A stretch of DNA of 64,000 nt, from positions 128,001-192,000 of the forward strand of contig JBGAIQ010000005.1 in the NCBI GenBank assembly GCA_044225365.1. The letters run 5' to 3'. The notes under the pieces are model-generated. The model saw only the letters and a program-made list of their open reading frames with translations, had not been told where the DNA came from and made no database searches. Origin of the DNA: Planctomycetota bacterium. Its GTDB lineage: Bacteria > Planctomycetota > B15-G4 > JADJEK01. The position numbers and the translations under genes are program-made. This document shows, in pieces, positions 58,315 through 64,000 of this stretch; the first letter of the stretch is position 1, and every line of letters begins with the position of its first letter.

Positions 58315-61191
58315 TCAGGGAACGATGGTGGAGCCTTCGATGTGAGACGCAACGGACCCGGGCCCAGTCGCTCCCGCCTTCGAGATTCCGGTCGCGAAGT
58401 ACTGCAGGAAGACGACCGAACCGACGCCGAAATCGCCGCCACCGATCGGAACCTGGATCTCTCGCCGCCCCGAGGCGGGCAGGGTGACCGGGATGGAGAA
58501 ACGGCCGGGGATCCTGGGAGCGAGCAACCACTGCCGAGGGCCCCTCTCATCGACGAGGAGCGAGCGCGAGGCGACCACGAGTTCCCCTCGCGACGATCCC
58601 TCCCCCACGATCACGACCCGCGTCGACTCCGACATCGACGGCGCGGACTCGAAGGTGACGGTCGGCCGGGAAGCTACGACCGAGAAGCGGGACGTGGCGT
58701 CGCATTCGACCGCCTCCGCGATCCCCGTGCTCTTCTGGACTCGCAGGCTCGAACCCTCGGCGAGCTTCGCGATCGCCCCGCCATCCTTGCGGAGCACCGA
58801 CGGGACAGCGGCGCCGGAGAACTCGACGGCGGCATGCCGTAACAGCAGCGCCGGCGCAATGCTCGTTGCGACGCTCGAATTCATCAGCAGCGCGAGTCCG
58901 GAATTCACTTCGAGGCCTGGGGCGGGAGCGCTGCCGGCCGGAAACTCGCTCGGATCGGGAGTCGCGATCGCCGACATCGAAATGGTGAGGATGCCGGTAT
59001 CGAGCACGATCGAGCCGCCGATCTGGCTGCGCCCGAGGTGCACCGCATCGCAGTGATCGATCGCCAAGGCCGGACCCGGATGAAGAAGGGGCGCGATCGT
59101 GAGTCCGTCGAGCACGACTCCCGTCTCGCATCGTCGAATCGAGACCGTGCCGCGATCCCCCTCGACCTCGAATCCCGAGACTCGTACCGGAGGACCCGCG
59201 GCCACGTCTTCGATCGTAATCCCACCCTGCTCGATCCTCACGCTCCCGGCGTTCTTCGCGAGCAGAGCGACTCCCTTGTTCACACGGAATCCCGAATACA
59301 CTCCGCCCGCAACGAGGACGACGTCGCCGGGCGAGGCGGAATCGATGACCGCCTGGATCGAATCCGCGCCGTTCTTGGTCGCGTCGACGAAGATCGTCCG
59401 CGCACGGGAGCGCACGGCCGAGTCATCGATGGTGTGAGTGCGGGACTCGAAGGGAAGGAGGTTCGGAAGGAGCGGAACCGCGAGCACCGCGATGGACGAG
59501 AACCCGAGGGCGGACCACTCCGCTATCGAGATGCGGTCCGGGGCCGTCCCACGTCGCCGGAGCGCGATGCCGCCCAAGAACAATGCGATCGTCGAGAGTA
59601 CCGCACCTAGCAAAGTACTTTGTGAATGGTACTCGATCGAAAGGTCGTGGCGGCCTGCGGAGAGACGCAGGGCGAGGAGTCCATCGCGAATCTCGATGGG
59701 CACGATTTCGCCGCTGCCGGAGCGCTTCGCGACGAACCCGGGGAAGCCGTTCTGATTGACGACGAGCGTGTCGTCGCGTTCGAGCGCGGCCTGGACGTGG
59801 ATCGAATTCACGGTCCGAGCGACGACGACGTCGCCGCTCCCGTTCGCGAGGAACACTTCGCCGCGATAGATCGGCGAATCGGAGGAACGTACCGCGCCCC
59901 CCGATGCGAGCCGCGAATCCGCGCCGGGATCGCCGAGGTCGTCGCGCGGCGCCGAGATCTTGCGGTGAGCTGCGGCGGGGATCGCGGTCACGAGAACGAC
60001 GAGAAGCAGCGAGAGATTCGGTGCATTCGCGACCCGAGCGCGACGCAGCCACGTCTCGAGCGCTTCGACTCCGAAGCCTACGAGCAGCGACAGGACGAGC
60101 CCAGCGGGTACGCATACGAACGCCACCGCTTCGGCCGTACCGGTCGCTTCGGGTGAATGCAGGGCGTTCCACGGATTCCCGATCGGGCCCCTACCGAGTA
60201 CAACCGCGAGGAGGAGCGCCCCGGAGACGACGAGTACCCCCGCGCGACGCGGACGGAACAGCAGACCAAGCGCGGCGAGCACGACGCAAGGCGTGCCGAA
60301 GTTGCACCCATAATTCCCACCCGCTGGATCGAGGAACGCCTCGCGAAGGAGGGAGAACGAGATCGGCCGCTGCGCTGCGAGGGAATTCGTGTCGTGCGAA
60401 GCAAAGCGCAGGACCTCGCAGATCGGCAAGAGCCGAACGAGCGCGCACGCCGAGCCGAAGAGGAGGAGCGTGAGGCCGATCGCGAGCGGACGCCAACTGC
60501 GCGCGATCGCCGCGTCGACCGAGGCATCGACCGCGACGATTCCGAGGAAGAGCACGAAATGGTCGAAGCCTCCCGCGAAGACGACCGCGGCGAGTGCGAA
60601 CCCGCCCAGAACGGCCGCTCGGTGATCGCGCACCCCCACGCGGCGCAGCGTGAGGATCCACGGTAGGAATGCGTACGCGAACAACGCGTTCGGTGCGCCG
60701 ATCTCGACGTACAGGGGAATTGCCGACGACGCGATGCACGCCAGCGCCGGCGCGAGCCGAGCCGAGCCCTTCAATTGGAGTTCACCCGCGAATCGCCAGG
60801 CGCCGAATCCCAGGAACATCGCGAGCGGGACGATGAGGAGCTTGAAGGCGAGGCCGACGCCGAAGACCCACGCGAGCGGGGTCACGAGCGACAAGAACAT
60901 CGAGTCGGGATGTCCGAATGCCACTTGCCCGCCACGCCGCCAGGGATTCCACATCGGGAATTCGCCATCGCGCACGAGGCTCGTGAGTTCGGCCTGTGCC
61001 TCCCCGAAGAACGCGTTCCAGCCCTTCGAAGTCAGCGGATCGACCACCTGGAGTCGATGCGCGAGGCTGAAGATCGCAAAGCCGAGGATCAGCGCAGCCG
61101 CGGTCGCGATCCGTCGGCGATTCGGTTCCAATTCGGTCGGCTCGAGAATGGGCGCTTCTGCCCCCTCGCGCGTGACGACGGGCTGCCTCAA
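58315..61191 (-). CDS. YfhO/GT-C-like membrane protein fused to a beta-helix and a C-terminal sorting-like module
   Basis: GEFPMWNPWRRGG...HPDS and about 10 TM helices; LVVNQNGFPGF...LRLSAGRHDLSIEY (YfhO C-terminus); IQAVIDSASPGDVVLVAGGVY (beta-helix start); ...QVPIG...GSVVFLQYF. Start uncertain. Confidence 0.72.
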   Translation of the reverse strand: MRQPVVTREGAEAPILEPTELEPNRRRIATAAALILGFAIFSLAHRLQVVDPLTSKGWNAFFGEAQAELTSLVRDGEFPMWNPWRRGGQVAFGHPDSMFLSLVTPLAWVFGVGLAFKLLIVPLAMFLGFGAWRFAGELQLKGSARLAPALACIASSAIPLYVEIGAPNALFAYAFLPWILTLRRVGVRDHRAAVLGGFALAAVVFAGGFDHFVLFLGIVAVDASVDAAIARSWRPLAIGLTLLLFGSACALVRLLPICEVLRFASHDTNSLAAQRPISFSLLREAFLDPAGGNYGCNFGTPCVVLAALGLLFRPRRAGVLVVSGALLLAVVLGRGPIGNPWNALHSPEATGTAEAVAFVCVPAGLVLSLLVGFGVEALETWLRRARVANAPNLSLLLVVLVTAIPAAAHRKISAPRDDLGDPGADSRLASGGAVRSSDSPIYRGEVFLANGSGDVVVARTVNSIHVQAALERDDTLVVNQNGFPGFVAKRSGSGEIVPIEIRDGLLALRLSAGRHDLSIEYHSQSTLLGAVLSTIALFLGGIALRRRGTAPDRISIAEWSALGFSSIAVLAVPLLPNLLPFESRTHTIDDSAVRSRARTIFVDATKNGADSIQAVIDSASPGDVVLVAGGVYSGFRVNKGVALLAKNAGSVRIEQGGITIEDVAAGPPVRVSGFEVEGDRGTVSIRRCETGVVLDGLTIAPLLHPGPALAIDHCDAVHLGRSQIGGSIVLDTGILTISMSAIATPDPSEFPAGSAPAPGLEVNSGLALLMNSSVATSIAPALLLRHAAVEFSGAAVPSVLRKDGGAIAKLAEGSSLRVQKSTGIAEAVECDATSRFSVVASRPTVTFESAPSMSESTRVVIVGEGSSRGELVVASRSLLVDERGPRQWLLAPRIPGRFSIPVTLPASGRREIQVPIGGGDFGVGSVVFLQYFATGISKAGATGPGSVASHIEGSTIVP

Positions 61192-61248
61192 GTCGGTGAT
61201 CCGCTCAACGACGACTGCAGTCCGGAACGACGCAAGAGGCGCAATCGC

Positions 61249-62310
61249 TCACGGCCGCTTCAGGAGCTTCGGGTCGATCGGCTTGTCGAGGACATGATTG
61301 AGGATGTCGGTCGACTCGAGGCGATACGCATCGAATGCGAGCGAGGTGCGCATCTTGGTCGGAAGGACGACGCCGTTGATCGTCGCGGTCTCGAAGTACT
61401 CGACGAACAATCTCTCTCCCGCGAAGTACTCTTCGTGCCGGCGATCCTGCGTCGCCAGCATCGCCACTTTCCGAGTCGACGGATCGACGTAGAGTTCGAC
61501 CGTCGGACCGGCGATGGCGGAGTACGGCGCCGGAACCTCGAAACGCAACACATCGTATTCGGCGTTCGTGGGGGCGTAGTCGATCCAGCCCTTGTCCTTG
61601 TCGAACGACTTCGGCGTGAAGGTCTTCATCGAGGACTTGCCGACGTACGTCGGATGAACGTTCGCCTGCGCCAGGATGAACGGCGCGAGCGGCATGAAGG
61701 TCTCGTAGGCGATCGTGTCGGTAGCGTTCTTCTCGTTCTTCTCGGTCGAGAGGACGGTGAGCTCACGCTGTTCGAATCGATCGTCGCCATTCACCACGGC
61801 GAAGAATCGAACCAAACGATCGTGTTCGTCGTAGTTCGACGTGATCTGGGTCCGACCTGCGATCGGCAGCGACGGCTTCGCGACGGTCTCCGCGCTGTCG
61901 TACGCGCTGTACTTTCCGTCGCGCCATTCGACGGTCTCGCGTCGGAAGGAAACCGACTGCATCGACGCGAAGGCCTTCGCCCCCATCTGCGTCATGACTT
62001 CGTCGAACACCTTCTGAGAATCGACCGCCTTCTCGGGCGCACTGATCACCTCGACGATCGGCAGCTTGAAGCGCTCCGCCTTGATCTTCTCGGCTTCCTT
62101 CTTCGCCGCTTCGCGTTCGGCCTCCTTCTCCTCGGGCGTCATCGCCTTCTTGCCACCCTTGCCCCCGGCGCCCCCAGCTTTGTTGCCGCCCGTCGGACCC
62201 GCTGGCCCTGCCTGCGGTTTCTGCGGGGCGGGAACGGGGTGCGTGGGATCGGACTGGGCCGCGGGGAAGGCGATGAGACAGATGGCGATGCTGGCTTTCG
62301 CGAAGATCAT
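61249..62310 (-). CDS. Secreted hypothetical protein, possible LolA/LolB-like fold
   Basis: Signal peptide, G/K-rich linker, VFDEVMTQMGAKAF, PLAPFIL, YDVLRF, ELYVDPSTRKV, INGVVLPT, IDPKLLKRP. Confidence 0.6.
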   Translation of the reverse strand: MIFAKASIAICLIAFPAAQSDPTHPVPAPQKPQAGPAGPTGGNKAGGAGGKGGKKAMTPEEKEAEREAAKKEAEKIKAERFKLPIVEVISAPEKAVDSQKVFDEVMTQMGAKAFASMQSVSFRRETVEWRDGKYSAYDSAETVAKPSLPIAGRTQITSNYDEHDRLVRFFAVVNGDDRFEQRELTVLSTEKNEKNATDTIAYETFMPLAPFILAQANVHPTYVGKSSMKTFTPKSFDKDKGWIDYAPTNAEYDVLRFEVPAPYSAIAGPTVELYVDPSTRKVAMLATQDRRHEEYFAGERLFVEYFETATINGVVLPTKMRTSLAFDAYRLESTDILNHVLDKPIDPKLLKRP

Positions 62311-62430
62311 GCTCTTGGACTCCGTTGCTTCACCGCTCCAACTCCTCGGTTCCAAGGAGGCTCTTTGGGCGCCGCCGTGGATGGAACTCTCGGTGGGAGC
62401 GATCTGGGTGATACCGGTCTTCGAACACCG

Positions 62431-62460
62431 AAAGGGCCGCGGATTCGGGGTCCGTGCCCT
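62431..62460 (-). terminator. Possible terminator after truD
   Basis: Minus strand AGGGCACGGA...TCCGCGGCCCTTT. Confidence 0.4.
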
Positions 62461-62493
62461 ACGGGGCCCATTAGACCCGATGGCCGAATCCTT

Positions 62494-63609
62494 TCACTCG
62501 ACGATTTCGTCGCCGTCCTTGAGTCGAAGTGAGTTCGGATCCTGGACGGCGTCGCCGGCCATTGCGGGTGGGCGATCGTTCTTCATCACCTCCCGCAGCA
62601 CGATCGTGGCGTACGCACCCGGCGGGAGTTCGATCTCGACGTCGAGTTCGGTCGGCGAAGGCGCGCGCACCGATCCCTTCATGGGCACCCGCAGCGGTCG
62701 CCGTGCTCCTTCCAGCTCCGGGCGCGCCTCGAACGCCGCGTGCGTGAGTCCGAGTTCCGTGAGCACGGCCTCCTCCATCGCGAGCGCCTCGCCGGACGGC
62801 CGCGTGCACTTGCTCCCGAACAAAGGACCCGAAGGACTGATCTCGAGAGTCTCGGCGCGCGCCCGTTCGACGTCGGTCGCGACCTCGACGCGGAAGCACG
62901 CGCCGTTGCGATGCAGCCACGCGAGATCGCCCGAGACGATGCGATCGTAGCCCGGCCCCTTCAGGCGACGATCGAGCACGGCGTTGAAGCACTCGGCCTG
63001 GACGGCGCTGAGGAAGAGCCGTCGCAATCTGCGATCGGGGATGCGCGGTCCTCGCGAGCGATCCGATCCCGCCGCGAGCAGCGCTCGCCCCGTGAGATGG
63101 GTGTCGCCGCGATCGCCGAAGCGTTGCGGTCCGAACCAGTTCGGGACTCCGCGCCGCTCGAGTTCTCGCATCACGACCTCGGCGTCGTGGAGCCCGCCCT
63201 TTCGCACGTTCCTCACGCGGATCCGAAATCGATTGCCGCGAAGATGGCCGACCTTGAGCTTGTTGCGATGCCGCGCGCTCTCGATCACGCGGACGCCGTC
63301 CATCTCGAATCCTGCCGCGGCGTCCCGCGAGGTCGCGACCGAGAGCCACTGCACGGTCACGGCGTTCGCGTCCTTCAGTCCCGCGTAGCCGACCGCGTGC
63401 CGTGGAACGTCGAACGCACTCGCGATCCGCTCGATCGCAGCAAAGGTTGGAATGCCGCGCTTCTCGATCTTGAGATAGAGGTGCTCGCCCTCGCCGCACG
63501 GCAGGTACGCCGGGATCTCCTCGACGACGAAGTCCTCGGGAGACGAGCGCAGTTCGCCGTCGAGCGGCGGAATGGAAGCCGTGACATAAGGCGCTTGCCA
63601 GGGGAGCAT
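62494..63609 (-). CDS. truD: tRNA pseudouridine(13) synthase
   Basis: PEDFVVEE, GEGEHLYL, GYAGLKDANAVTVQWLS, GHLRGNRFRI, GVPNWFGPQRFG, LPPGAYATIVLRE. Confidence 0.94.
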   Translation of the reverse strand: MLPWQAPYVTASIPPLDGELRSSPEDFVVEEIPAYLPCGEGEHLYLKIEKRGIPTFAAIERIASAFDVPRHAVGYAGLKDANAVTVQWLSVATSRDAAAGFEMDGVRVIESARHRNKLKVGHLRGNRFRIRVRNVRKGGLHDAEVVMRELERRGVPNWFGPQRFGDRGDTHLTGRALLAAGSDRSRGPRIPDRRLRRLFLSAVQAECFNAVLDRRLKGPGYDRIVSGDLAWLHRNGACFRVEVATDVERARAETLEISPSGPLFGSKCTRPSGEALAMEEAVLTELGLTHAAFEARPELEGARRPLRVPMKGSVRAPSPTELDVEIELPPGAYATIVLREVMKNDRPPAMAGDAVQDPNSLRLKDGDEIVE

Positions 63610-63632
63610 CGGGTCTCGCGATTCGCGAAGCG

Positions 63633-64000
63633 TCAGTTCGACGACCGATCGTTGCCCCGATCGAGCGCGACCGAACCGCCCCAATTGAACTTCTTGCGCA
63701 GCGTCGCGAAGAACGAGCGACGGACGATCGTCATCATTCGAAGGGGAGTGGCGGCGCGGCAGAGATGCACTTCGGCGTCGGACTCGACTTGATGGACGCG
63801 CTGGCCGTCGAGCGTCATCGCGAACGATGCGGGCCGCACGCCGCTCCGACGCAGCACGATCTTGCGACTGCTGTCGAGCACGAGCGGCCGCGACGCGAGC
63901 GTGTGCGCGGCGAGCGGCGTGACGACGAACGAGTGCGCAGCCGGTTCGATCACGGGGCCACCGGCCGCGAGCGAATGCGCCGTCGAACCGACCGGCGTTG
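63633..64000 (-). CDS. nadK: NAD kinase, 3' part (runs off the window edge)
   Basis: TPVGSTAHSLAAGGPVI, TPLAAHTLASRPLVL, TLDGQ, FFATLRKKFNWG. Confidence 0.9.
   Translation of the reverse strand, partial: TPVGSTAHSLAAGGPVIEPAAHSFVVTPLAAHTLASRPLVLDSSRKIVLRRSGVRPASFAMTLDGQRVHQVESDAEVHLCRAATPLRMMTIVRRSFFATLRKKFNWGGSVALDRGNDRSSN

Overview
High-GC bacterial chromosomal segment, most likely from an uncultured Planctomycetota lineage. This is an inference from planctomycete-type ECF sigma factors, a Ser/Thr kinase-FGE fusion, many FG-GAP/SBBP secreted proteins and a PVC-like 6S RNA candidate. Housekeeping genes are pap/ppk2, galK, prmA-like, cobB, ispH, an RluA-family synthase, rpmH, glcDEF, acnA, a ThiF/MoeB enzyme, truD and nadK, plus four tRNAs (His, Arg-UCG, Lys, Leu). 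These are interleaved with many large secreted proteins. The most striking pattern is a ~110-135 aa terminal module, roughly YGxGCxG...P.L...G.P..G...LG...C.L.V...G...LPIP...L.G.....Q...D...SNG..I.. It recurs on up to nine otherwise unrelated exported proteins, mostly C-terminal but N-terminal in two, and looks like an undescribed surface-sorting or anchoring domain analogous to the T9SS CTD. A small secreted caspase/CHAT-fold protease sits inside the cargo cluster, and a GT-C/YfhO-like membrane protein is fused to a copy of the module. Also present: a compositionally distinct kinase / IPT / collagen-S74 fibre / ECF cassette, an Hhe-like DUF4011 helicase-nuclease with a transglutaminase-like domain, and a His-rich leader peptide ending in a polyproline motif upstream of a probable outer-membrane protein. 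No CRISPR array, integrase, transposase or prophage was seen. All calls come from motif reading only; no database searches were run.
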